From NCBI GenBank assembly GCA_963727485.1, contig CAVSGM010000002.1, positions 288,001-352,000 of the forward strand: a DNA stretch of 64,000 bases. Direction: 5' to 3'. The translations under genes were made by a program, and so were the position numbers. The DNA comes from an uncultured delta proteobacterium (GTDB lineage Bacteria; Myxococcota; Myxococcia; SLRQ01). The notes beneath the pieces are model-generated. The model made no database searches and had not been told where the DNA came from. It saw only the letters and a list, made by a program, of their open reading frames with translations. Shown one piece after another: positions 9,060 to 18,748 of the stretch (positions are counted from its first letter, which is position 1; each line of letters opens with the position of its first letter).

Positions 9060-10616
9060 ATGAAGCGCCACACGCTCCTTCTCTTCGTCTCCCTCGTGGC
9101 CCTCGCCACCGCGCTGCCCCGGGCGGCCCGGGCGCAGGCGTCCCTGGGCACGGCGGTCAAGGCCTACAACGACGGCAACTTCGGCGAGGCGGCCTTCCGC
9201 TTCTACGACGTCGCCGCCTACGACCCGGTCCTCGAGAACCGGTTCAAGGCCGAGTACTTCCTCGCCGAGACCCTCCAGAAGATGGGGCTCGAGCGGTCGG
9301 CGGCGTTCTACTACACGGCCATCGTCCGCCAGGGCACCAACCATCCGTACTACCTGAAGGCCATCGCCAAGCTGGTGCAGATCGCCGAGGACCTCCGGGA
9401 CGATGTGTTCATCCCGACCCTCATCGAGCGCCAGTACAACTCGGCGTTCTCCCAGCTACCGGCGGCGACCCTCTACAAGATCAACTACCTGGTGGGCCTC
9501 CAGAAGTTCCGGCGCAACGACGCCCGATCGGCCCTCCAGTACCTGGCGGCGGTCCCCCGGGAGTCGAGCTACTACGACAAGGCGCTCTACCTCACCGGCA
9601 TCATCAAGACCTTCCAGAGCCGCGCTGGTGGCCAGGAGGCGGTCGAGGACTACAAGGACATCCTCGAGCTGAAGGACGGGCCCAAGGTGAAGTACTGGGA
9701 CCTGGCGAACACCAAGCAGCTCGCCACCCTGGCCATCGCCCGGACCGACTACACCCTGGGGCGCTACGGCGACGCCAAGCGCGCCTACGAGCAGATCCCC
9801 CGGTACTCCACCTACTGGGACGTGGCCCTCTTCGAGGACGGATGGGCGTCGTTCATGGCCGAGGACATCGGCACCGCCATGGGCTCGCTCCACACCCTCC
9901 AGGCGCCGCAGTTCGCCGGGTCGTTCCAGCCCGAGTCGGTGGTCCTCAAGGCGACGGTCTACTTCACCGCCTGCCTCTACGACGAGGTCCAGAAGGAGCT
10001 CAAGGTCTTCGACCAGCGCTACAAGCCCATGGCGGCGGTGGTCGACAAGATCGTCAAGGCCCACCCCAACGACTCGGACCTCCCGCTCTTCCTGGCCCTG
10101 GTGGCCACGCCCCAGGCCCAGAAGCCCGAGCTGCCGCTGGCGGTGCGCAACAAGCTCCTGGACAACCACCGGGTGCAGTCGCTCATCCACTACGTGAACG
10201 TCATCGACGACGAGAGCGCCAAGGCCAAGACCATCGACGTGTGGAAGGGGTCGAACCTCCTCCACGAGATTGAGAGCCAGCTCTCCAAGCAGCGCGAGCA
10301 GTTCGTGCTCACCACAGGCAAGTTCATCCGCGGCCGGCTCGAGAAGCTGGTCAAGCAGGTGGGCAACCTCGACGGCCAGGCCGAGATCCTGCGCTTCGAG
10401 ACCTCCAAGGCCGAGAAGGAGATGCTCGAGTCCGGCGTCGATCCCAAGACGCGGCTCAAGGGCGAGACCCTCCTGCGGCCCACCATGCCCGGCGACGACT
10501 GGCAGTACTGGAGCTTCGACGGAGAGTGGTGGGTCGATGAGCTCGGCTACTACAAGTACACGCTCAAGAGTGCCTGCTCCACGGGGCAGGGTGCCGGCGG
10601 CGGGGCCGGTGAGTAG
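9060..10616 (+). CDS. gltC: GltC/NfsC-like periplasmic TPR protein
   Basis: TPR repeats; C-terminal YWSFDGEWWVDELGYYKYTLKSAC typical of GltC family. Confidence 0.85.
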   Translation: MKRHTLLLFVSLVALATALPRAARAQASLGTAVKAYNDGNFGEAAFRFYDVAAYDPVLENRFKAEYFLAETLQKMGLERSAAFYYTAIVRQGTNHPYYLKAIAKLVQIAEDLRDDVFIPTLIERQYNSAFSQLPAATLYKINYLVGLQKFRRNDARSALQYLAAVPRESSYYDKALYLTGIIKTFQSRAGGQEAVEDYKDILELKDGPKVKYWDLANTKQLATLAIARTDYTLGRYGDAKRAYEQIPRYSTYWDVALFEDGWASFMAEDIGTAMGSLHTLQAPQFAGSFQPESVVLKATVYFTACLYDEVQKELKVFDQRYKPMAAVVDKIVKAHPNDSDLPLFLALVATPQAQKPELPLAVRNKLLDNHRVQSLIHYVNVIDDESAKAKTIDVWKGSNLLHEIESQLSKQREQFVLTTGKFIRGRLEKLVKQVGNLDGQAEILRFETSKAEKEMLESGVDPKTRLKGETLLRPTMPGDDWQYWSFDGEWWVDELGYYKYTLKSACSTGQGAGGGAGE

Positions 10617-10638
10617 GGACCAGAGGAGTCAGAGCATC

Positions 10639-13600
10639 ATGCAGTTCCTTTTGAATCGCTGGATTCGGATCGCGGCCGTCGTGGCCCTGACGACCTTCGC
10701 CGGTGGGGCGGCGATGGCCTCGAGCCATCGGCGTCGGCATCACCGCCACCACCGGCGGCACCACACGACCCACAAGCAGGCTCCCGCCCCGGCCAAGCCG
10801 GTGGCCAAGGCCCCGGTGAAGAAGGTCCAGGAGCGCACCGGGCCGGCGTCCCTCAAGGACATCCAGCGCAAGTCCCGGGGCGACCGCTCTCTCGAGGCCC
10901 AGGCCGACGAGAAGCGGGACGAGGAGATCAAGCAGCTCAAGAAGATCCTCCCCAAGATCACCGACCCGGGGCAGCACGCCGACCTCCTCTTCCAGCTCGC
11001 CGAGCTGTGGTGGGAGAAGAGCAAGTACGTCTACTTCCGGGAGATGGACGACTGGGACAAGGCCTACGCCAAGTGGATGGACGCCACCAACCACGGCTCC
11101 AAGGCGCCCCAGCCCAAGGCCAGCCACCGCGAGTCCGACATCTATCGGGACCAGGCGGTCGCCCTCTACACCCGGATCCTCCACCAGTACCCCAACTACC
11201 CGCGGGCCGACGAGGTGCTCTTCAACCTCGCCTACGCCATGTACGACAGCGGGAAGCAGGACCAGGGCGTGGCCCTCTACTGGGAGCTGATCAAGAAGTA
11301 TCCCACCTCGGGCTACGTCGCCGACGCCTACCTCCAGATGGGCGAGCACTTCTTCAACCACAACGACGTGTTCAAGGCCCAGAAGGCCTACCAGAAGGCC
11401 CTGGCCACCGGCGAGAAGCACGTCAAGAACTTCGCCATCTACAAGCTGGCCTGGTGTGACTACAACCTCGGCGAGTACGACTCGGCGCGGAAGAAGTTCT
11501 ACACGGTCATCGCCTCCGCCGAGAAGGCCGAGCGCGAGAACCCCAAGCTCCGCGGCCGCATCCAGCTCAAGGAGGAGGCGCTGCGCGACCTGGTGCTCAC
11601 CTACTCGATGCTCGACCAGATCCAGCCGGCCATCGACTACTACGAGCAGCACGCGGCCAAGCTCGCCACCCACCTCATCGGGCGGCTGGCCGACGCCTAC
11701 TTCAGCGCCGGCAAGAACCAGGACGCCATCCAGGTGTACGGGTGGCTCATCGAGCACGACCCCAACGGCAAGCAGGCGCCGGAGTACCAGGCCCAGATCG
11801 TGAAGGCCTACGCCAACCTCCAGCAGCGCGACATGGTCCTCAAGGAGATGGCGCGCCTGGTCGACGTCTACGGTCCCCACGGGCCCTGGGCCGAGGCCAA
11901 CAAGAGCGACCCGGACGCGGTGAAGTCGGCCTACGACCTGGCGGAGAGCACCCAGCGCGAGCTGGTGACCGAGTACCACCAGGAGGCCCAGAAGACGAAG
12001 TACGCGCAGACCTACCGGCTGGCGGCGAAGATCTACAAGCAGTACCTCGCCAAGTTCTCGGACAACCCCCACGCCTACAACCTGCGCTTCTACTACGCCG
12101 AGATCCTCTTCACCCTCCAGGACTACGCCCGGGCGGCCAAGCAGTACCTCAAGGTGGTCCACGTCGATCCCGACGGGAAGTACTCGCTGACCGCGGCCTA
12201 CGACGCGATCCTGGCCTACGAGAAGCTGGCGGCCATCGACCGCGGTGACCTCAAGGTCCAGAAGGCCACCGGCAAGCAGAAGATCAACGAGAAGAAGGCC
12301 AAGGGTGCGGTCACCTACAAGGCCACCTTCCGCAAGGCGAGCAAGAACGACAAGGCCGAGGCCATCCCCAAGTGGGAGAGCAAGCAGATCGAGGCCGCGG
12401 ACGCCTACGTGAAGATCGTGCGGGGCTGGAAGGCCAAGCACAAGGCGGCCCTGACCAAGAAGAAGCGCGCCGAGCTCAACGACGACGAGATTGTCGTGCG
12501 CTACAAGGCCGCGTTCCTGCTCTACAGCCATCGCCACTACAACGAGGCGGCCAAGCGCTTCGAGCACATCATCCTCAAGTGGCCTGACGACAAGTGGGCC
12601 AACAAGGCCGCCGACCTCATCCTCGACTCCCTGAACACCAAGGAGCAGTGGGCGGAGCTGAACAAGCTCGCCCGGGAGTTCCGCAAGAACCGGCGCCTGG
12701 TCCGCGGCGGGGGCAAGGGCTTCGCCACCCGCCTCGACACCCTCATCGAGGGGTCGGCGTTCAAGATGGTGCTCGCCCTCAACGCGGCCAAGAAGTACGA
12801 CGAGGCGGCGCCGAAGTTCCGGGCCTTCGTGAAGGAGTTCCCGCACTCGAAGTACGCGGACAAGGCCCTCTACAACGCCATGGTGATCTTCGCCCGGGCC
12901 AAGACCCTGGACAAGGCGGTCACCGTCGGAGAGCAGCTCCTCCACAGCTACGGCGGGAGCGACCTGAAGCCGATGGTCATCACCTCGCTCGGCTCCTACT
13001 ACGAGCAGATGGCCGACTACGCCACCGCGGCGAAGTACTACGAGGCCTACGCCGACGACTACCTCGACCCCAAGGGCAAGGCGTTCAAGGCGCTGCCCCA
13101 GGACATGCAGGAGAAGGTCACCAAGTCGCTGCCCGACAACCTCTTCAACGCGGCGCTCTGGTACGAGGGCCTCGGTGAGGACGCCAAGGCGGTGGCCAAC
13201 TACACGCGCTACGTGAAGACCTTCCCCAAGCGCGACGACGTCCCCGACATCTTCTACAACGTGGCCCTCATCTACCAGCGGGAGAAGGACTGGAAGCGCG
13301 AGATCTCCCAGCTCCAGGACTACGTGAAGGACTACGCCCGGCGCATCAAGCCCGCCGACGCCTACCGGGCGAAGTTCAAGGTGGCGCAGGCCTACGAGAA
13401 GCTTGGCCAGCCCCAGGACGCCGCCAAGGTCTACGCCGACCTGGCCAAGCACTACGCGGGGCTGCCCAAGAAGGCCAAGCAGGACTCCGAGGTGATGGAC
13501 GCCGCGGCCTCGGCCGCCTTCCACCTCCTGGAGCCGGAGTGGCAGGACTACAAGGCCATCCACTTCGACACCAGCAACGCCCGGACCCTGAAGAAGCGCC

Positions 13601-14121
13601 TCGCCGAGAAGACCAAGGCGCTGGCCAAGCTCGAGAAGGACTACACCCAGGTCCTCACCTACGGCTCCGGTGACTGGGGCATCGCCGCCCTGGCCCGGAT
13701 TGGCATGGGCTACCAGGACCTGGCGCAGAACTTCCTCGACGCGCCCACCCCGAAGAACCTCAACGCGGACCAGCAGGAGATGTACAAGTCCGTGCTCCAG
13801 GAGAAGGCCTTCCCCCTGCAGGACAAGGCCATCGAGGCCTTCGAGAAGGCGCTGGCCAAGAGCTACGAGCTCTCGGTCTACAACCAGTGGACCCTCGACG
13901 CCCAGAACGACCTGCTGAAGTTCAAGCCGGACGCCTACCAGGCGGTCCACGAGGTGCCGTACTTCGGGAGTGAGTTCTTCATCGTGGCCTCCCCGGAGAA
14001 GACCCTCCAGGAGACGCCCAAGGTGGTGGCGCCGCCCCCGGCGCCCGAGCCGGCGGCCTCGCCGGCCCACGCGAATCGCCAGCCGTCCGGTGACGCCCAG
14101 TCGGCGGGGAGGTCGTCATGA
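10639..14121 (+). CDS. gltD: GltD/NfsD (AgmU)-like large TPR protein
   Basis: About 1160 aa; signal peptide; many TPR units (YPNYPRADEVLF, FPHSKYADKALYN); SD GAGGAG at 10623; cluster position. Confidence 0.85.
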   Translation: MQFLLNRWIRIAAVVALTTFAGGAAMASSHRRRHHRHHRRHHTTHKQAPAPAKPVAKAPVKKVQERTGPASLKDIQRKSRGDRSLEAQADEKRDEEIKQLKKILPKITDPGQHADLLFQLAELWWEKSKYVYFREMDDWDKAYAKWMDATNHGSKAPQPKASHRESDIYRDQAVALYTRILHQYPNYPRADEVLFNLAYAMYDSGKQDQGVALYWELIKKYPTSGYVADAYLQMGEHFFNHNDVFKAQKAYQKALATGEKHVKNFAIYKLAWCDYNLGEYDSARKKFYTVIASAEKAERENPKLRGRIQLKEEALRDLVLTYSMLDQIQPAIDYYEQHAAKLATHLIGRLADAYFSAGKNQDAIQVYGWLIEHDPNGKQAPEYQAQIVKAYANLQQRDMVLKEMARLVDVYGPHGPWAEANKSDPDAVKSAYDLAESTQRELVTEYHQEAQKTKYAQTYRLAAKIYKQYLAKFSDNPHAYNLRFYYAEILFTLQDYARAAKQYLKVVHVDPDGKYSLTAAYDAILAYEKLAAIDRGDLKVQKATGKQKINEKKAKGAVTYKATFRKASKNDKAEAIPKWESKQIEAADAYVKIVRGWKAKHKAALTKKKRAELNDDEIVVRYKAAFLLYSHRHYNEAAKRFEHIILKWPDDKWANKAADLILDSLNTKEQWAELNKLAREFRKNRRLVRGGGKGFATRLDTLIEGSAFKMVLALNAAKKYDEAAPKFRAFVKEFPHSKYADKALYNAMVIFARAKTLDKAVTVGEQLLHSYGGSDLKPMVITSLGSYYEQMADYATAAKYYEAYADDYLDPKGKAFKALPQDMQEKVTKSLPDNLFNAALWYEGLGEDAKAVANYTRYVKTFPKRDDVPDIFYNVALIYQREKDWKREISQLQDYVKDYARRIKPADAYRAKFKVAQAYEKLGQPQDAAKVYADLAKHYAGLPKKAKQDSEVMDAAASAAFHLLEPEWQDYKAIHFDTSNARTLKKRLAEKTKALAKLEKDYTQVLTYGSGDWGIAALARIGMGYQDLAQNFLDAPTPKNLNADQQEMYKSVLQEKAFPLQDKAIEAFEKALAKSYELSVYNQWTLDAQNDLLKFKPDAYQAVHEVPYFGSEFFIVASPEKTLQETPKVVAPPPAPEPAASPAHANRQPSGDAQSAGRSS

Positions 14122-15410
14122 CCCGTAGCCTGAGAAGCCCGTCCTCGGCGGTGGCCCTCGTCGCCGCCTGCGCCTGCCTCCTCACCGCCTGCGCCGGCGC
14201 CGGTCAGGAGACCCGCAAGCAGAAGATGCCCCAGGCGGTGAAGCCCAAGGTCGTCGGCCCGGCGGAGCTCTTCGCCCAGGGCGAGAAGGCCATGGAGGCG
14301 AAGGACTGGGCCGGGGCCCAGGGCAAGCTCGAGAAGGCCCTGGCGATGGCCCCCAACCTCACCACCGCCCAGTACGACCTGGGCCTCTGCCTCCAGAACC
14401 TCGGCGACTTCGACGCCGCGGCGACGAGCTACCAGAAGGTCCTCCAGGCCGACCCGGACCGCATCGACGCGGCTCTCAACCTGGCCAAGATCCGCCGGGA
14501 CCAGGAGCATTTCCGGGCCGGGATCGCGGTGCTCCACCGCCTCCTCGAGAAGCACCCCTATGACGGGCGCATCCTCAACAACCTCTCGGTCCTCTACCGC
14601 CTGGACAAGAAGTATGACGCGGCCATCGCGGCCCTGCGCAAGCTCCTGTCCCGGGACCCGGAGAACGACCACGCCCACGAGAACCTGGCGCTCATCTACT
14701 ACGACCAGGGCAAGTACCGGCTGGCCGAGTTCATCATGGGCACCGCCAGGAAGCGCAACCCCAAGGAGCCCGGGGTCTACAACAACCTGGGGATGATCGC
14801 CATGAAGGAGGGCGACCTCCGCGGGGCCCTCGGCGACTTCGAGAAGGCCGTGAAGCTCGACCCGACCTTCGCCCCGGGGCAGATGAACATCGGCGCCGTG
14901 GCCCTGCGCTACCGGGACTACAAGAAGGCCGAGGGGGCGTTCCAGAAGGCCACCAAGCTCGACCCCACCAACTGGCAGGCGCACCTCTACTACGCCTACG
15001 CCCTCGAGGGGGCCCACGACTCGGACGGGGCGGCGGTGCAGTACGCGGCGGTGCACAAGCTGCGCCCCGACTACGCCCTCGCGGAGTTCGGCCTCTGCTG
15101 GAACCTCAAGAGCAAGAAGCCCAAGGAGGCGCGCCAGCACTGCCAGCGGTTCATGAGCATGGACGGTGCGCCCAAGGACCAGCTCACCAAGGCCAAGACC
15201 GCGGTCGCCACCATCGACATGATGATGAAGATCAAGGCCCAGCAGCAGAAGGCGGCGGTGGCCCCGGCCCCCAAGGCGGCGGCTCCCAAGGCCCCGGCTC
15301 CCAAGGCGGCGGCCCCGGCGTCGGGCGGCGACAAGGCCGCCAAGGCCCCGGGCAAGGCGGACGCCAAGGCCAACCCGACGGCCGGAAAGGCCGCCGCGGG
15401 CGGCGCCTGA
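14118..15410 (+). CDS. gltE: GltE/NfsE (AglT)-like TPR lipoprotein
   Basis: Lipobox LLTA-C; tandem TPRs; Ala/Lys/Pro tail; 4-nt overlap with gltD. Confidence 0.8.
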   Translation: MTRSLRSPSSAVALVAACACLLTACAGAGQETRKQKMPQAVKPKVVGPAELFAQGEKAMEAKDWAGAQGKLEKALAMAPNLTTAQYDLGLCLQNLGDFDAAATSYQKVLQADPDRIDAALNLAKIRRDQEHFRAGIAVLHRLLEKHPYDGRILNNLSVLYRLDKKYDAAIAALRKLLSRDPENDHAHENLALIYYDQGKYRLAEFIMGTARKRNPKEPGVYNNLGMIAMKEGDLRGALGDFEKAVKLDPTFAPGQMNIGAVALRYRDYKKAEGAFQKATKLDPTNWQAHLYYAYALEGAHDSDGAAVQYAAVHKLRPDYALAEFGLCWNLKSKKPKEARQHCQRFMSMDGAPKDQLTKAKTAVATIDMMMKIKAQQQKAAVAPAPKAAAPKAPAPKAAAPASGGDKAAKAPGKADAKANPTAGKAAAGGA

Positions 15411-15472
15411 ACCGACGCCCAGCCGCCCCGCCCACATGTAAGTGCGAGGGGTAGAGGGTGGGACCCACGGAA

Positions 15473-15520
15473 TGCTATACTCCGTGCCTCAATCCCACCT
15501 GCGCGGGATTGTGCTGTAAT
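15473..15520 (+). promoter_or_regulatory. internal promoter region for gltF-G-H
   Basis: Extended -10 TGcTATACT (15473-15481) and TGcTGTAAT (15512-15520) flank inverted repeat CAATCCC-N8-GGGATTG. Confidence 0.5.
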
Positions 15521-15544
15521 TCCAAGGAAGTAGAGAGGTCCACC

Positions 15545-15817
15545 ATGCGTCGTATCGCCCTCCTCACAGGTCTCGTGATCGCCCTCGCGTCCGTCGCCGC
15601 CCCGGCGGTGGCCCAGGACACCGGCAAGAGCGGCAAGGGACGGGTCGAGTACAGCAAGAAGACCATCATCGACTTCAACGACGTGACCCTCGAGGGCGAG
15701 CTCACCAAGCCGGAGGGGGCCTACCTCCTCGACCGGAAGAAGACCAAGTTCAGCAGCCTCATCAAGCTGCGGGACAACTTCCTCAACGAGCTCCAGACCT
15801 CCGTCGACAACCTCTAG
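15545..15817 (+). CDS. gltF: GltF/CglF/NfsF-like small periplasmic protein
   Basis: Signal peptide; KKTIIDFNDVTLEGELTKPEGAY..RKKTKFSSLIKLRDNF. Confidence 0.9.
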   Translation: MRRIALLTGLVIALASVAAPAVAQDTGKSGKGRVEYSKKTIIDFNDVTLEGELTKPEGAYLLDRKKTKFSSLIKLRDNFLNELQTSVDNL

Positions 15818-15835
15818 TCCCGGCGAGAGCGACCC

Positions 15836-17917
15836 ATGGCCAACGCCAAGCTTCACCTCACCGTCATCGCGGCGGACGGCTCCATCGAGGAGCACACCTT
15901 CGACCAGGAGAGCATCATCCTGGGCTCGGGGGCTTCCGCCAACGTCAAGATCGACGACGACAAGGTCTCCAGCATCCACGCGATGCTCAAGGTCGAAGGG
16001 GCCGATCAGGCCCGGGTGATCGACCTGGGCAGCGAGAGTGGGACCCGCTTCCGTGGCAAGGAGGTCCGGGAGCAGGACCTCACCAACGGCGACGTCGTCG
16101 AGATCGGGCGCTCCAAGATCCGCATCTCCTTCGACGGCGCCCCGGCTTCCGACGACGCCCAGAAGACCGACGTCATCCGCCGGCCCCCCGAGCTCGAGCC
16201 CGAGCCCGAGGAGGCGCCCAGGGCCGCCAAGCCCAAGGCCAAGGCCAAGAAGAAGAAGGCCGCGCCCCCTCCGCCGCCGGTCGAGGCCGCACCCGAGCCC
16301 GAGCCCGAGCCGGCCCCGGAGCCCGAGACCTCGGTGACCGAGGTCGATGACGACGCCATCTTCGAGGCGGGCGACGAGGACCAGGCCTTCTTCGACGAGG
16401 ACGAGGACACCGGCGCGGCCACCACTCCCGGTGGCGGCGACCGCCAGAGCACCGACGTGGTCCGGGCCCTCCCGGGCACCGGCGCGGCCCCCGAGATGAG
16501 CTCGGCGGCCCGGCTCTTCTCCGAGAGGCTGCCCCCCGAGGAGCGGCCGCTCGCCGAGAGCCGCATGCTCGAGGTGGTCATGGTCTGGGCCGACACCATC
16601 ATCGGTCTGGGTCACTACTCGGGGAAGGACGGCGAGGTCACTGTCGGCGAAGGCCCCAAGAACGACTTCCACCTGGCCAACGAGGCCATCGTCGATCCGC
16701 GCTTCCCGCTCCTCGCCGCCTCCGGCGAGGACTGGACCCTCACCATTACCGAGGGGATGGAGCTGCGGGTCCGCGAGGAGGACGGCGAGGTCTCGCGCAC
16801 CGACGAGCTGAAGCAGAGCGGTCGGCTGGTCCGCGCCGACGCCGGCTTCCGGGGCTACAGCTTCAAGCTCGGCCTCCACGACCAGGCCGTCCTCAACATC
16901 GGGGACACCGCCTTCGTCATCCGCTATGTGCGCCCGAGCAAGCGCATCGCCTCGAACATCTGGGGCACCGTCGACTTCTACTTCACCAAGGTGCTGTCGA
17001 CGTCGTTCATGGCCCACGTGCTCTTCCTGGCGGCGCTGCTCCTCACCCCGGTGCACACCGAGCAGCTCTCCGAGGACCTGTTCAAGAACCCGAACCGGTT
17101 CGCCAAGCTGATCATCAAGCCGCCGGAGCAGCAGCCCAAGCACAAGTTCCGCCGGCTCTCCGGCGTGGCCGAGGGCGCCAAGGCCAAGGACAAGGAAGGC
17201 AAGTTCGGCAAGAAGGAGGCGGTGAAGAAGGAGGCCGCCCCCTCCAAGAAGGGCGCCCCCATCGTCGACGTGAACAAGCGCGAGAAGGACCGGAAGAAGG
17301 TCATGAGCTCCGGCCTCCTGGCGGCCCTCTCGGGCCCGGACCAGGGCGCGGCCTCCAACGTCTTCGGCCCCGGCGGCCTGGGCACCGGCATCAACAACGC
17401 CCTCGGCGGCCTCCACGGCGGCGCCGGCTCGGGTGACGCCCACGGCGTCGGCGGCCTCGGGTCCCGCGGCACCGGCCCCGGTGGCGGCGGCACCGCGCTG
17501 GGCATCGGCGGCCTGGGGACCAAGGGCAGCGGCCACGGCCGCGGCGGCTACGGCAGCATCGATCTCGGCGGGCGTGGCAAGGCCATGACCCAGGTGACCC
17601 CGGGGACCACCGTGGTCCAGGGCGGCCTCGACAAGGAGGTCATCGCCCGGATCGTCCACCGCCACCAGAACGAGATCAAGTACTGCTACGAGAAGGAGCT
17701 GCAGAAGGACCCGAACCTCTACGGCAAGGTCGCCATCAAGTGGATCATCGACCCCACCGGGTCCGTGGCCACGGCGAGCCTGGCCCAGAGCACCATGGGC
17801 AACTCCAACGTGGTGAACTGCATCCTCACCCGGGTCCGGCGCTGGAAGTTCCCCCAGCCCAAGGGCGGCGGTGTCGTCCAGGTCACCTACCCCTGGATCT
17901 TCAAGTCCAACGGCTGA
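15836..17917 (+). CDS. gltG: GltG/NfsG (PglI)-like FHA + TM + TonB-C-like protein
   Basis: N-terminal FHA (SSIHA, IDLGSESGT), one TM helix, Gly-rich linker, IKYCYEKEL...WKFPQPKGGGVVQVTYPWIF. Confidence 0.9.
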   Translation: MANAKLHLTVIAADGSIEEHTFDQESIILGSGASANVKIDDDKVSSIHAMLKVEGADQARVIDLGSESGTRFRGKEVREQDLTNGDVVEIGRSKIRISFDGAPASDDAQKTDVIRRPPELEPEPEEAPRAAKPKAKAKKKKAAPPPPPVEAAPEPEPEPAPEPETSVTEVDDDAIFEAGDEDQAFFDEDEDTGAATTPGGGDRQSTDVVRALPGTGAAPEMSSAARLFSERLPPEERPLAESRMLEVVMVWADTIIGLGHYSGKDGEVTVGEGPKNDFHLANEAIVDPRFPLLAASGEDWTLTITEGMELRVREEDGEVSRTDELKQSGRLVRADAGFRGYSFKLGLHDQAVLNIGDTAFVIRYVRPSKRIASNIWGTVDFYFTKVLSTSFMAHVLFLAALLLTPVHTEQLSEDLFKNPNRFAKLIIKPPEQQPKHKFRRLSGVAEGAKAKDKEGKFGKKEAVKKEAAPSKKGAPIVDVNKREKDRKKVMSSGLLAALSGPDQGAASNVFGPGGLGTGINNALGGLHGGAGSGDAHGVGGLGSRGTGPGGGGTALGIGGLGTKGSGHGRGGYGSIDLGGRGKAMTQVTPGTTVVQGGLDKEVIARIVHRHQNEIKYCYEKELQKDPNLYGKVAIKWIIDPTGSVATASLAQSTMGNSNVVNCILTRVRRWKFPQPKGGGVVQVTYPWIFKSNG

Positions 17918-17937
17918 TCGGGTAGAAAGCGACTCCC

Positions 17938-18624
17938 ATGCGTGTGCTCCTCGCCGCTCTCGCGGTCGTCTCCTCCGTCGCCCTGGCCCAGCCCGCCACC
18001 GCCCAGACCGTGGGCAAGCCGGCCAGCGGCCCGACCCTCATCAAGACCGCGCCCCTCGGGGTGAAGCCGCCCCTGCGCGAGGGCGTCTACGCCGACCTCC
18101 AGGTGGGGACGTTCTTCACCCTGAACGGCGGGGCCGCCAACGGGAACAAGGCCGTCTCCAACGCCGAGCCCCTCCTGGGCCTCGCGGTGGGCTACGACAT
18201 CACCCGGAACATCACCGCCGGGGTGGGCTTCGCCTATGGGGCCTCCGCGGGGAGCTGCTACGGGACCTTCCAGCCCACGCCCGGGGCCACCAACCCCTGC
18301 GTGAACGGCGCCGACAGCTTCGCGGTCCTCTCGTTCAACGTGTTCGCCGGCTACCTCCACCCGGTGACCTACGCCTGGTTCCTCGGCGCCAAGGTCGAGG
18401 GGGGCCTGGCCCTGATGACCCCCAAGCCCATCGTCCCCCAGGGGCAGGACACCGCCGGGGTGGCCATGGGTTTCGACGGGGGCCTGATGCTCACCACCGA
18501 GTACCACACCCACCTCGACCACTTCGTCATCGGGCTCGACGTGGGCGGTGAGTTCTTCTCCGGGGGCAACGGGGTCGGATTCCCCGGCATCGCCATCTAC
18601 CCCCACCTGAAGTACGTCTTCTGA
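17938..18624 (+). CDS. gltH: GltH/CglE/NfsH-like OM beta-barrel
   Basis: Signal peptide; EYHTHLDHFVIG; ends YPHLKYVF. Confidence 0.82.
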   Translation: MRVLLAALAVVSSVALAQPATAQTVGKPASGPTLIKTAPLGVKPPLREGVYADLQVGTFFTLNGGAANGNKAVSNAEPLLGLAVGYDITRNITAGVGFAYGASAGSCYGTFQPTPGATNPCVNGADSFAVLSFNVFAGYLHPVTYAWFLGAKVEGGLALMTPKPIVPQGQDTAGVAMGFDGGLMLTTEYHTHLDHFVIGLDVGGEFFSGGNGVGFPGIAIYPHLKYVF

Positions 18625-18748
18625 CCCCGGGACGTCGGCCGCCCAGCCCGCGGCGGCCGCCCCGTTTCCCCGGCGCCCGAGTCGGCCCGTTCTCCGTCTT
18701 TCGGCGGGGGTCGGGACGAACTTCGGGTGCCTCGATGGTTCCAGCGTC

